A stretch of 64,000 nt of DNA from an uncultured virus (IMG/VR IMGVR_UViG_3300021142_001411) (Duplodnaviria; Heunggongvirae; Uroviricota; Caudoviricetes), in IMG/VR virus record IMGVR_UViG_3300021142_001411; one strand, written 5' to 3'. Below, piece by piece: positions 7,097 through 16,495 of this stretch (the first letter of the stretch is position 1; every line of letters starts with the position of its first letter). A model generated the notes under the pieces. That model saw nothing but the letters and a program-made list of their open reading frames with translations, searched no databases and had not been told where the DNA came from. The position numbers and the translations under genes are program-made.

Positions 7097-7259
7097 ACTT
7101 CTTGATGATAGTATCAGGTGTGTGAGTTGAATCACTTGTTTTAATACTATCAACCTTTACAGTTGTTGAGTCTGTTGTTCCATTTGTGGTTGACCCAGTT
7201 CCACATGCAGTCATTGCAACGGTTGCAATAAGAGCAATTACTAAAATAATTTTATTCAT
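7095..7259 (-). CDS. Small lipoprotein (54 aa), missed by the ORF track
   Basis: MNKIILVIALIATVAMTA-C-GTGSTTNGTTDSTTVKVDSIKTSDSTHTPDTIIKK; lipobox; own TTTG..TATATTTG promoter at 7264-7295. Confidence 0.8.
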   Translation of the reverse strand: MNKIILVIALIATVAMTACGTGSTTNGTTDSTTVKVDSIKTSDSTHTPDTIIKK

Positions 7260-7295
7260 AGTGCAAATATAAATAAAATATTCTATACTTCCAAA

Positions 7296-8516
7296 TTATT
7301 TTTTGGAGATGGTTAATTTGTCTGTTTTATAACGTATTGTTATTTGACCATCTTCAATAACATTACCTCTTAAAATTTCTTCACTCAAGAAGTCTTCGCA
7401 AAGGTTTTGTATGATCCTTTTGATTGGTCTTGCACCATATTCTTCTTGGGTATTTAATTCAAAAATCTTATTTGTTACACTTTCATCAAATTTAATTTTA
7501 TAACCCTTTTCTTTCAAACGATCATTTAATTTATTCAATTCGATAGAAATAATTGATTTGATTGTTTCATCATTCAATGGATTGAATAATATTAAATCAT
7601 CAATACGATTTAAGAATTCAGGTTTGAATTGTTGTTTCAATGATTTTTGAATCATTGTTTTTCTAACCTCATATCCTTGTTTTTCACTAGTGGCAGTTTT
7701 AAACCCTACACCACCACCAAAATCAGATACTTTCTTTGCCCCAACATTTGATGTCATGATAATGATGGTATTTGTGAAATTAACTTTTCTTCCAAAAGAA
7801 TCTGTCAAATGACCTTCATCTAATATCTGAAGAAGTAAATTAAACACATCAGGGTGAGCTTTCTCAATTTCATCAAATAATATAACTGAGAATGGGTTGT
7901 TTTTAACTTTTTCTGTTAATTGACCACCTTCATCATATCCAACATATCCGGGAGGAGAACCAATTAGTTTTGATACATTGTGTTTTTCCATAAATTCCGT
8001 CATATCAATCCTTATCATTTTATTTGGATCACCAAATAATATTTCCGCAATTGATTTTGCCAGATATGTGTTATGTGATAATATACCATTAGTATAATAC
8101 CTTCTATTAGAACCTTCTATTAATTCAAGGTCATACATAATTTCCTCATAACCTAAATTAGATATTTCTAACACTTCAGATTCAATCAATTTACCATCAT
8201 TATCCGATACCATCACAAATGAACCAAATTTTAAGTCTTTAACAAATACTTCGGTTAAACCAATTGGTTCAAATGTAGTTTCATCATAATCAATAAGAAA
8301 AATAATATGATTATCTGCACATTTAAGTTCTTTGCCGTCTTTTAATTTAAGATGATAAACTTCGTATGGTATTGTTTCATGAAGGGATTCTATATCAACA
8401 AACCCATCATCAGTTAAAACTTCATACTCACTAATTTTAGTTGTTTTAGTGATCTTTTTTAATGAATCAAGTTCATTTTTTACAATTAAGTTGTTTAATT
8501 TTTCTTTTTTTATCAT
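7296..8516 (-). CDS. clpC: ClpC-type ATPase, C-terminal fragment (C-intein + AAA2/D2)
   Basis: After ILSHN: TYLAKSIAE, RIDMTEF, LIGSPPGYVGY, LFDEIEKAHPDV, FKPEFLNRID, YGARPIKR. Confidence 0.9.
   Translation of the reverse strand: MIKKEKLNNLIVKNELDSLKKITKTTKISEYEVLTDDGFVDIESLHETIPYEVYHLKLKDGKELKCADNHIIFLIDYDETTFEPIGLTEVFVKDLKFGSFVMVSDNDGKLIESEVLEISNLGYEEIMYDLELIEGSNRRYYTNGILSHNTYLAKSIAEILFGDPNKMIRIDMTEFMEKHNVSKLIGSPPGYVGYDEGGQLTEKVKNNPFSVILFDEIEKAHPDVFNLLLQILDEGHLTDSFGRKVNFTNTIIIMTSNVGAKKVSDFGGGVGFKTATSEKQGYEVRKTMIQKSLKQQFKPEFLNRIDDLILFNPLNDETIKSIISIELNKLNDRLKEKGYKIKFDESVTNKIFELNTQEEYGARPIKRIIQNLCEDFLSEEILRGNVIEDGQITIRYKTDKLTISKK
8070..8516 (-). mobile_element. Split intein, C-part (149 aa) of ClpC
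   Basis: VLTDDGF, block B LKCADNH, block F MYDLE, block G YYTNGILSHN|T. Confidence 0.9.
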
Positions 8517-8542
8517 TTGTTTAATTTTTTACAAATATACGT

Positions 8543-9760
8543 TTATTTTTTTAAAAATAATAAACATTTTTTTAATACTTCTTCTTTATTACCCCATCTA
8601 TATTCGGAATCCCATATAACTAAAACATCAAACCCATTTTGTTTTGCACAATTTAATTTTAATTCATCTTTATCCCACATCTCTTGTGCTGTAATGGTTT
8701 TTATAAACGGATGTGGATAATCATCAGCTTTATATTTATTTGGATTTCCATGAAACATATCACCATGAAATTCAATTATCCGTTTATTTTTAATATCGGT
8801 AAAATCATATAACCAAACACCACCTTCTTTTTTAGTTAATTTAAACTCACTATTATGTGTTGCGAAATGAACTTTATCCCTATTACTAATATCATATGTT
8901 TCTAAAATTTTATAGAACAAATCTTGAGATATTTTAGAATATCCAATAACTATATTACCATTGGTTAATAACGATTTTAACCATTTATTTTGTCTTTCAG
9001 TAAAACGTTTTTTACCTTCTTCTTCACCATACTTTGCAATGCATTTTTCAAGACTAAAAGTTGACTGATGTTCTGATACATTTTGTTTTGCATCTTCTTT
9101 TGAATAACCTTTATTAACCCAATATTCTATATTGGATGGAATTAGTCTTTTTTCAAAATCAACTTGTTTCGCAGATTCAGTTTGGTTTTTACTAATAATG
9201 TCTTTTGCCTCATTTTCAGAACACCCCTTATTAACCCAGAATTCAGAATTTGTTGGTGTTAAACAAATACGTTTTATTTCTTCTTCGGTGTAACCTTTAT
9301 CAGCTAACATTTTTTTAGATTTACCATGATAAGTTTTAACACATTTAGATGATTTTTGTTGCTGTTTAGATATTTCTTTATTAGCTTCTTCTATAGAATA
9401 ACCCTTATTTATCCAATATTCCTTACATAAACGATTCCTTTGTTTTAATTCTTCATTACGTTTATCCAATTCAACCAAAGCGTCTTTATCATTCCAACCA
9501 CGTTCAATCCAATATCCTAATTCTCCCCATTTTTTAGTTTTAAAACCATAATTTTTAACCAACCAACCACGCATTAACGATAACGAAACAACACCTTCTT
9601 GTTCTTGTAATTTAATTATTAATGATTCCATTTCTTTTTTAATCGTTTCATTATCGTAGCGTATGTTTTTATCTAATTTTAAAACATGGTCTTTAAACGT
9701 TTCTAAATCTGGAAACACTTCAGTCACTTCTTTAATTCCTTTACTTGTTTTTATCTTCAT
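8543..9760 (-). CDS. Vsr-like endonuclease between ClpC split-intein halves
   Basis: YDF..IIEFHGDMFHGNP...MWDKD...GFDVLVIWDSE; N-terminal YW(I/V)NKGYSxEEA repeats. Confidence 0.8.
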   Translation of the reverse strand: MKIKTSKGIKEVTEVFPDLETFKDHVLKLDKNIRYDNETIKKEMESLIIKLQEQEGVVSLSLMRGWLVKNYGFKTKKWGELGYWIERGWNDKDALVELDKRNEELKQRNRLCKEYWINKGYSIEEANKEISKQQQKSSKCVKTYHGKSKKMLADKGYTEEEIKRICLTPTNSEFWVNKGCSENEAKDIISKNQTESAKQVDFEKRLIPSNIEYWVNKGYSKEDAKQNVSEHQSTFSLEKCIAKYGEEEGKKRFTERQNKWLKSLLTNGNIVIGYSKISQDLFYKILETYDISNRDKVHFATHNSEFKLTKKEGGVWLYDFTDIKNKRIIEFHGDMFHGNPNKYKADDYPHPFIKTITAQEMWDKDELKLNCAKQNGFDVLVIWDSEYRWGNKEEVLKKCLLFLKK

Positions 9761-9806
9761 GACATATATTTTATAATAAATATCATGAAGTTTTAAAAAG
9801 TTAGGA

Positions 9807-11144
9807 CTAATTGGTGTCGGGTACTATATTTTTTATATCAATCGTTTTTATCTCACCAGTTACTTTGTTTCTAACAGTTATTTTTGTATCACCACAAATA
9901 CACTTACCAACACCAGTAGAACCTAAGAACATAAATGAACCGATTGGTTTATTTGTATCTTTAATTCCCACTCTATTTCTTCTGATAGATTTTGCAATTA
10001 TTGAAATTGCTTCTTCTTGACCGATAACTTTCTTATTAAGAATTTCTTCCATCTTTAAAAGTTTTTCAGTTTCCTTATTGTCAAGTTTTGCAATCGGAAC
10101 ACCGGTCATTTCTGTTATGATATGATAAACATCATCAACTGAAATTACTTTTTTATTTAATTTACATTCTTCCTCAAATTTGGCTTTGATTTCAATTATT
10201 TTATTTGCCAATTTCTTTCCTTCATCTCTCAATCTTGCTGCATCTTCAAAATTCTGACTTCTTACAACCAATTTCTTTTGCTCATTGATTTTTTCAATTT
10301 CAGCATTAATTTTATCAACTTCTTCTGGTAGTTTTGTTGAGATCTTCTTTTCAGAACCCAATTCATCCATGATATCAATTGATTTATCAGGGAATTGTCT
10401 ATCTGTAATAAATCTACCAGACAATTTAACAATGGTTTCTATAACATTATCATTATATGATACCATATGGAAATTCTCATAAGAAGTTTTTAAGTTCTTT
10501 AAGATTTCTATTGTTTCCAATTCTGTTGGTTCATTAAGAATAATCTTTTGGAATCTTCTTACCAAAGCAGAATCTTTTTCGATATGTTTTTTATATTCAT
10601 CGAAAGTCGTTGCTCCGATGCATTGTATTTCACCACGTGCCAAAGCGGGTTTAAGGATATTTGCTGCATCCATTGCACCACTTGCATTACCAGCACCTAC
10701 CATTGTATGTAATTCATCAATGAATACAATAACGTTGGTAACACCTTCCAATTCATTTAAGATTGCTTTAATACGTTCTTCAAATTGTCCTCTGTATTTT
10801 GTACCAGCAACTAATGAGGTTAAATCCAAGGACATGATTCTTTTATCTAATAGATTAGAAGGACAATCACCTTTATATATCATTAGTGCAAGTTTTTCAA
10901 CTAATGCAGATTTACCAACACCCGCATCACCAACAATAACTGCATTGTTCTTCTTCTTACGAGATAGAATTTGTGCAATACGTTTAACTTCTAAATCTCT
11001 ACCTATAATAGGGTCAATCTTTCCTTCCTCTGCCAACTTAACAAGGTCTCTGGAAAAATTATCCAAAATAGGTGTGTTTGAACCCTTCTTAGTTTTTTTA
11101 GGGTTAGTGGGTTGTTGACCCTCTTCGTAATAATCTACTGACAT
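9807..11144 (-). CDS. clpC: ClpC-type ATPase, N-terminal fragment (AAA1, UVR-like linker, start of AAA2, N-intein)
   Basis: LDNFSRDL, GDAGVGKS, AGTKYRGQFEER, FIDELH, LKPALARG, FLGSTGVGK|C; likely start MSVDYY. Confidence 0.92.
   Translation of the reverse strand: MSVDYYEEGQQPTNPKKTKKGSNTPILDNFSRDLVKLAEEGKIDPIIGRDLEVKRIAQILSRKKKNNAVIVGDAGVGKSALVEKLALMIYKGDCPSNLLDKRIMSLDLTSLVAGTKYRGQFEERIKAILNELEGVTNVIVFIDELHTMVGAGNASGAMDAANILKPALARGEIQCIGATTFDEYKKHIEKDSALVRRFQKIILNEPTELETIEILKNLKTSYENFHMVSYNDNVIETIVKLSGRFITDRQFPDKSIDIMDELGSEKKISTKLPEEVDKINAEIEKINEQKKLVVRSQNFEDAARLRDEGKKLANKIIEIKAKFEEECKLNKKVISVDDVYHIITEMTGVPIAKLDNKETEKLLKMEEILNKKVIGQEEAISIIAKSIRRNRVGIKDTNKPIGSFMFLGSTGVGKCICGDTKITVRNKVTGEIKTIDIKNIVPDTN
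9810..9902 (-). mobile_element. Split intein, short N-part (31 aa) of ClpC
   Basis: CICGDTKITVRNKVTGEIKTIDIKNIVPDTN directly follows the Walker A lysine. Confidence 0.88.
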
Positions 11145-11297
11145 AATTAAAATTTTATTTGTGCAAACATAACCCAAAAAATAATCCAAACAAAATATTT
11201 TTTTATTTTTGTCAAATTGTCAAACATATATGTCAAAAAGTCCATTTTTTTTATTTGGTATTTAAATTGATAATTTATGAGAAAAAATTAATAAATT

Positions 11298-11669
11298 ATG
11301 TTAACAAGAATCAGAAGTCCATTTTTTGACACATTAGAGTCAATTTTAGAACAAACTAACTTCAATGAGAGAAGTTATAATTCCTCAATAACTAATGTAA
11401 CAGAGGATAATTATCAGGTTTTAGTATCAGTTCCCGGTTTATCTAAGGATGATATTAAAATCACGATTAAGGATGGTTTATTAACCGTTTCTTATGATAA
11501 ACCAAAGGAAAGTAAAAATCCATTTGTTGGATCATTTAAGAAGACATTCTCATTACCGGAGGATGGGGATGAGGGTAATATTACTGGAAAGGTCGAGAAC
11601 GGGGTGGTGGAAATTTCAATTCCTAAAGTTCAGAAAAAATCCACAGAACGTATAATTGTGGTTAAATAA
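11298..11669 (+). CDS. Hsp20 small heat-shock protein
   Basis: VPGLSKDDIKI, SFKKTFSLP, VENGVVEISIPK. Confidence 0.92.
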   Translation: MLTRIRSPFFDTLESILEQTNFNERSYNSSITNVTEDNYQVLVSVPGLSKDDIKITIKDGLLTVSYDKPKESKNPFVGSFKKTFSLPEDGDEGNITGKVENGVVEISIPKVQKKSTERIIVVK

Positions 11670-11734
11670 GTTAAAACCCTCAATAAAATGATGGTTTTTT
11701 TTATTTAATGGGATATTTATATAAAAAAATATTA

Positions 11735-12454
11735 ATGAAAAAATCTGCATTGAATGAGGAAATAGTTAGAATCAAGAGTATGATGTCTAAACTAATGAAT
11801 GAACAAAGTACACCTAATCCAACTATAGTAAAAAATTTGGGTAATATATTAAAATCAGTTCAAAGTAATAATGGTGTTATAAAAGACCCTAATAGTATGT
11901 ATAATGGTCAATCAATTGTGGATCTTTATAACAATAATACATTATCTGATGCTGATTTTAAAGCTGCATTAGAATATAATAAAACTGGTACAATACCGAC
12001 AACTACTTCAACACAAACAGCTCAAACAGAACCACAAGAAAAAGGTTATAATTATAAAGTTAAGACAATTGCAAAATGGTTAAAAACTGTTGGTGATACT
12101 AATGGAGTAATTAAAGACCCAACTAGTATTTACAATGGTAAGTCATTATATGATCTTATGAATAATGATAAGTCTTTTGCGGATGCTGTTTCAACTGCAT
12201 CAGATTATAATAAAACAGGAAATATTACCCCATATAATTCACCTGAACCTGAAACAATATATCAAGTAAGTGATAGAATTAAAGAAATTGCAGGATGGTT
12301 AAAAACAAATCCAGATGGTACTATGATAAGTGGTCCATTTAAAGGTCAGACATTCCAAGAAATGTTAGGTTCACCTAATCGTCCTTCTGGTGCTGAATTA
12401 AATGCCGCAAGTAAATATAATGAGTTAATAAAAAAAAGTAACATTAAAAATTAA
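11735..12454 (+). CDS. Hypothetical protein with internal repeats and LNEEIxRIKSMM N-terminus
   Basis: Repeats NGVIKDP.S.YNG.S..DL.NN...A..YNKTG. Confidence 0.6.
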   Translation: MKKSALNEEIVRIKSMMSKLMNEQSTPNPTIVKNLGNILKSVQSNNGVIKDPNSMYNGQSIVDLYNNNTLSDADFKAALEYNKTGTIPTTTSTQTAQTEPQEKGYNYKVKTIAKWLKTVGDTNGVIKDPTSIYNGKSLYDLMNNDKSFADAVSTASDYNKTGNITPYNSPEPETIYQVSDRIKEIAGWLKTNPDGTMISGPFKGQTFQEMLGSPNRPSGAELNAASKYNELIKKSNIKN

Positions 12455-12475
12455 AATAATCTAAATTAACATATT

Positions 12476-12502
12476 AAACCCTCCAATAATGGAGGGTTTT
12501 TT
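12476..12502 (+). terminator. Intrinsic terminator
   Basis: AAACCCTCCA-ATAA-TGGAGGGTTT followed by T run. Confidence 0.8.
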
Positions 12503-12541
12503 ATTTAATAATATTTTACTATCTTTATAAAAAACAAATTT

Positions 12542-12784
12542 ATGGCAATTTTAAAAGAAACAATTAATGGTGTTATGATTGAGGTTGATATTAATTCAAC
12601 TAACTTAAAAAATGGAAAATATAACACACAAACAGAGGATTTAACGATGACATTCAATAATGGAAGTATTTATGAATATAATAAAGTTCCTTGGGATTTA
12701 TTCACCAAATTTAGATTGGCAGAATCTCATGGTAAATTCTTTAACGAGAATATTGCAAGAAAATTTACTTATAAAAAACTATAA
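12542..12784 (+). CDS. KTSC domain protein
   Basis: STNL..GKYN...L.MTFNNGSIYEY.KVP..F..AESHGKFFN. Confidence 0.85.
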   Translation: MAILKETINGVMIEVDINSTNLKNGKYNTQTEDLTMTFNNGSIYEYNKVPWDLFTKFRLAESHGKFFNENIARKFTYKKL

Positions 12785-13530
12785 TGAAATTATTTGAAGA
12801 ATTAATAGAAGATAAGGAATTAGACAAGAAGATTGTTAATACATTTAGGATGAAGAATTCTTTATGTCAGGACATATTTAACGGAACATCAATGAAAGAT
12901 GATGTTAAAAATTCTCTTATAAAAATTTCAGATAATTTTATTGATTCTTTGGGTATTGAATTTTTCATACATGACGTTATTTTAACCGGGTCATTAGCAA
13001 ATTATAATTGGTCTGAGTATTCTGATGTTGATTTACATATTTTAATTGATTTTAAGGAAACTGATTATAATTTGGATATGTTAAAAGAATTCTTTGATGC
13101 AAAAAAAGATATTTGGAACGAACAACATAAAATAACAATTAAAGGTTTTGATGTTGAAATATATGTTCAAGATGTAAATGAGGAACACGTATCTTCTGGT
13201 GTTTATTCTGTACTTCATAATAAATGGATAGTTAAACCAAATAGAAAAAACCCTAATATTGACGATAATAAAATTCTTAACAAATCAGAGGAGTTAGCAA
13301 AGAAAATAGATGATTTAATTGATAAATCAAAAGAGGGTAAAGATGTGTCTAAAGAACTTGAAAAATTAAGAAAAAAAATAAAAAAGTTCAGACAAACCGG
13401 ATTAACTGATGGTGGTGAATTTTCTTATGAGAATTTAACATTCAAATTGTTGAGAAGAAATGGATATATTGGGAAACTTTTGGAATTAAAAAATAAAATA
13501 ACAGACAATAAATTGTCCATAACACAATAA
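12784..13530 (+). CDS. Pol-beta-superfamily nucleotidyltransferase
   Basis: LTGSLANYNW...SDVDLHI...FDVEIYVQ (GS, DxD, third acidic residue). Confidence 0.75.
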   Translation: MKLFEELIEDKELDKKIVNTFRMKNSLCQDIFNGTSMKDDVKNSLIKISDNFIDSLGIEFFIHDVILTGSLANYNWSEYSDVDLHILIDFKETDYNLDMLKEFFDAKKDIWNEQHKITIKGFDVEIYVQDVNEEHVSSGVYSVLHNKWIVKPNRKNPNIDDNKILNKSEELAKKIDDLIDKSKEGKDVSKELEKLRKKIKKFRQTGLTDGGEFSYENLTFKLLRRNGYIGKLLELKNKITDNKLSITQ

Positions 13531-13607
13531 ATATCTTATTTTTTCATATAATCAATGTATTTATATGATAAGAATAAATCTATTTATTTAATTAAAATTA
13601 AAAAAAA

Positions 13608-14786
13608 ATGGCAGAGTACAAACCACTAGGTAGTGAAAAGTTAGACGGAGATGATAAATTAAAAAGAATTCTCGAATTAACTTACTACAATACGAATAAG
13701 AAAACATCTTCAAATAAACCAGAATTAGTTGAGTCATCAGTTAAGGGTGGAATTTATGGTATCGTTAAAGAAAACGGTAGCTATTATATTAAACAAGGTT
13801 TAAATGAACAATCACTTGATTATATTGGTGGTATGTTTATGAAGAATAAGAACAGATTTAGTTCTTATGCTGAAGCATATAAAAAACTTGAATTTTTAAG
13901 AGGTCAAGAAAATTTGCAAGAAGCAACAAAATATGTTCTAAAACAATCTAAACCTCAACAAGAAGCTCCAATGGCAGCGCCATCAATGGACGCTCCACCA
14001 CCTCCTCCTCCTGCACCAACAGATGCACCTCCTGCAGCACCAACTGATACCGCACCTGATGATAGTATGGATACACCTCCATCACCTGAAACTGGTGATG
14101 AACCAACTGGTGATGAAGATAATCAAGAAAGTAAACGTTCTGACTATATGGCGGAAATACAAAAATTTTCAGGTAAACTTGGTCAAGAATTGAGAGATCA
14201 ACATCAAAAAATGGAAAGTGATGATATTAAGTATGTTCTTAATATGATTATATCTGCGGTTGATTTGGATAAATTACATGATAAAGATAGAAAAAAGATT
14301 GCGAAAGAATTTGAACCAGAAGAAGAGGATGATTATAGATCAAATGATACAACAACACCTGAAGAACCTGAAGATGATGTTCCAACTGAACCAACACCAG
14401 GTGGTGATTCAGAATTAGGTGAAGGTATTGATATGTTAGATGAATTTGTCAATACACCAATAGAAACTGATGAAATTGATTTATCAAACTATGCTTTTGA
14501 TGAGTTGGAAGAACAAGGTGAAGATAAAACCCATTATGATGATGAAGATGATTATGATGATTGGGAAAAAAATCCATATAGAGACGAACATGATATGTTA
14601 GGTGATAAAGAATGGGATGAAGATGAATTGGAAGACAATCCATTTATAGATAATGGATCAGATGATGAGGAAGATTATCCAAATCCAGACGAAGAGGATG
14701 ACATTCAAGAAATTGATTTAGATGAAATTAAAAATGAAATAAACAAACATATTACATCAACACTAGGGAAATACTTTAAATCATAA
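13608..14786 (+). CDS. Acidic/Pro-rich hypothetical protein (probable head-associated)
   Basis: Long ORF in the late operon; low-complexity D/E/P segments. Confidence 0.6.
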   Translation: MAEYKPLGSEKLDGDDKLKRILELTYYNTNKKTSSNKPELVESSVKGGIYGIVKENGSYYIKQGLNEQSLDYIGGMFMKNKNRFSSYAEAYKKLEFLRGQENLQEATKYVLKQSKPQQEAPMAAPSMDAPPPPPPAPTDAPPAAPTDTAPDDSMDTPPSPETGDEPTGDEDNQESKRSDYMAEIQKFSGKLGQELRDQHQKMESDDIKYVLNMIISAVDLDKLHDKDRKKIAKEFEPEEEDDYRSNDTTTPEEPEDDVPTEPTPGGDSELGEGIDMLDEFVNTPIETDEIDLSNYAFDELEEQGEDKTHYDDEDDYDDWEKNPYRDEHDMLGDKEWDEDELEDNPFIDNGSDDEEDYPNPDEEDDIQEIDLDEIKNEINKHITSTLGKYFKS

Positions 14787-15184
14787 TGAATTTATTATAC
14801 ATCAACCAAATTGGTTCAGATTATAAAGGTCAAAAACAATATGAGTTTATTTTCAGTAAATCTACTGAGATTGAGGTTGAGGAATGGTTTATAGTGCCGG
14901 CATCATCTTCAAGTTATCCAATGTCTCCGGGTGTTGAATATATAGATCTTGTGGGTTTATTAAAAAATACAGATATTGACTTAGAACTTATTCAAAACTC
15001 CGATTATTTCGGAGTTATTGATGCTGTGGATGGTGTGGTATCTTTAGGTTGGGAAAAATTTGATTTTGATTCTGAATATCAAAGATTAAGTTTTAAATTT
15101 GGAGAATCTTTAGATTCAGTTACAAAAAAATTAAATTCAAGGGGACACGAATTAATAAAAGAAGAAATAAAAATTGAAATATAA
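14786..15184 (+). CDS. Hypothetical protein
   Basis: TAATG-coupled at both ends. Confidence 0.65.
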   Translation: MNLLYINQIGSDYKGQKQYEFIFSKSTEIEVEEWFIVPASSSSYPMSPGVEYIDLVGLLKNTDIDLELIQNSDYFGVIDAVDGVVSLGWEKFDFDSEYQRLSFKFGESLDSVTKKLNSRGHELIKEEIKIEI

Positions 15185-16470
15185 TGAAAAGAAATGAATT
15201 AGTTGGTATCCTTATGAATGAAGGATTTTCCGAAAAGACTTTGGTTAATTTTAGTGATAAACAACTTGTTACATTAGCAAGTAGAATACTATCAGAACAA
15301 ACAACAGTCCCAACATTAAAAATACCTAAAGGTTCTCCACAAGAAAAAGATGCAATGAATAAAAAACAATCTTTTATTGCATATGAAAATGAATTAAAAG
15401 GTGGACAAAAGAAATTAGATAAGAATCATAATGGAAAAATTGATGGTCAAGATTTTAAAATTTTGAGAGGTCAGAAAAAATCTGATATAGAAGAAGTTAA
15501 AAAAAATACACCAAAAAAGAAATCAGAAACAATTTATGATAAGGCGTTAAAACATTATGGTGGTGAAAAAGGTGTATTAAAAATGTTTGATAAAGAAGCA
15601 AAAAGAATTGGAATTAAATCTAAAAGTGAAGTAAAGGAAGATGAAAAATGGATTCAAAAGGCAATTAATCCTGCTAAGAAAGGTGCTTTGAAAAAGGCAT
15701 TACATGTTCCACAAGATGAAAAAATACCAGCAAGTAAATTAAATGCCGCAGCAAAAAAAGGTGGTAAATTGGGTCAAAGAGCAAGACTTGCAAAAACATT
15801 AAGAAAACTTGATGAGTCTAATTCTGAATTAAATGCTAAACGTAATTTACAATATGAATTAAGTGAAGCTGGTTGTTCTTCTGAAGATTTAAATACAAAG
15901 GATATTAATGAATTGGCAGATAAGTTTTCAAAAAAATCTCAAGGTGTAAAATCAGCACATGATTATTACAAGAGAGTTACTGGAAAAGATATGTCAAAAA
16001 TCAACGAAAATTTGGCAATTAAGAAATGGGTTCGTACATTAGCTGAAAATAATTATCATTCATTCACATCAAAAAAAGAAATTATGAATTTAATCAGCGA
16101 AAAAATGAACGGTGCGGAAACAATGCAACCAATGCCAGCAAAAGCAAAAAAAGGACACAATGGTATTCCTGAATTTATGACTTATGATGCAATTAAATCA
16201 TCAGGTAGTCCAGCAGTTGCTCCAACGAAACCAAAAACAAAACCCGGTACAAAACCTGCACAACCGACAAAACCAAAGAAAACCCCATTTAATCCAGGAC
16301 CAAAGGAAAACCCAGGACCTTCTGCAATGAGAGAAAACAGTCCAGCAGTTGCACCAACAAAACCAAAAACAAAGCCTGTTACAAAACCTTCAACTCCAAG
16401 TAAACCGAAAAAAACTCCGTTTAACCCAGGACCAAAGGAAAATCCAGGACCTTCTGCTCATAAGAAATAA
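15184..16470 (+). CDS. Modular basic protein (EF-hand-like DKNHNGKIDGQD; tandem PAVAPTKPKTKP repeats)
   Basis: Duplicated ~39-aa unit near 16207-16457. Confidence 0.65.
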   Translation: MKRNELVGILMNEGFSEKTLVNFSDKQLVTLASRILSEQTTVPTLKIPKGSPQEKDAMNKKQSFIAYENELKGGQKKLDKNHNGKIDGQDFKILRGQKKSDIEEVKKNTPKKKSETIYDKALKHYGGEKGVLKMFDKEAKRIGIKSKSEVKEDEKWIQKAINPAKKGALKKALHVPQDEKIPASKLNAAAKKGGKLGQRARLAKTLRKLDESNSELNAKRNLQYELSEAGCSSEDLNTKDINELADKFSKKSQGVKSAHDYYKRVTGKDMSKINENLAIKKWVRTLAENNYHSFTSKKEIMNLISEKMNGAETMQPMPAKAKKGHNGIPEFMTYDAIKSSGSPAVAPTKPKTKPGTKPAQPTKPKKTPFNPGPKENPGPSAMRENSPAVAPTKPKTKPVTKPSTPSKPKKTPFNPGPKENPGPSAHKK

Positions 16471-16495
16471 TGATAAAAAAAATATTTTTAGTAAA

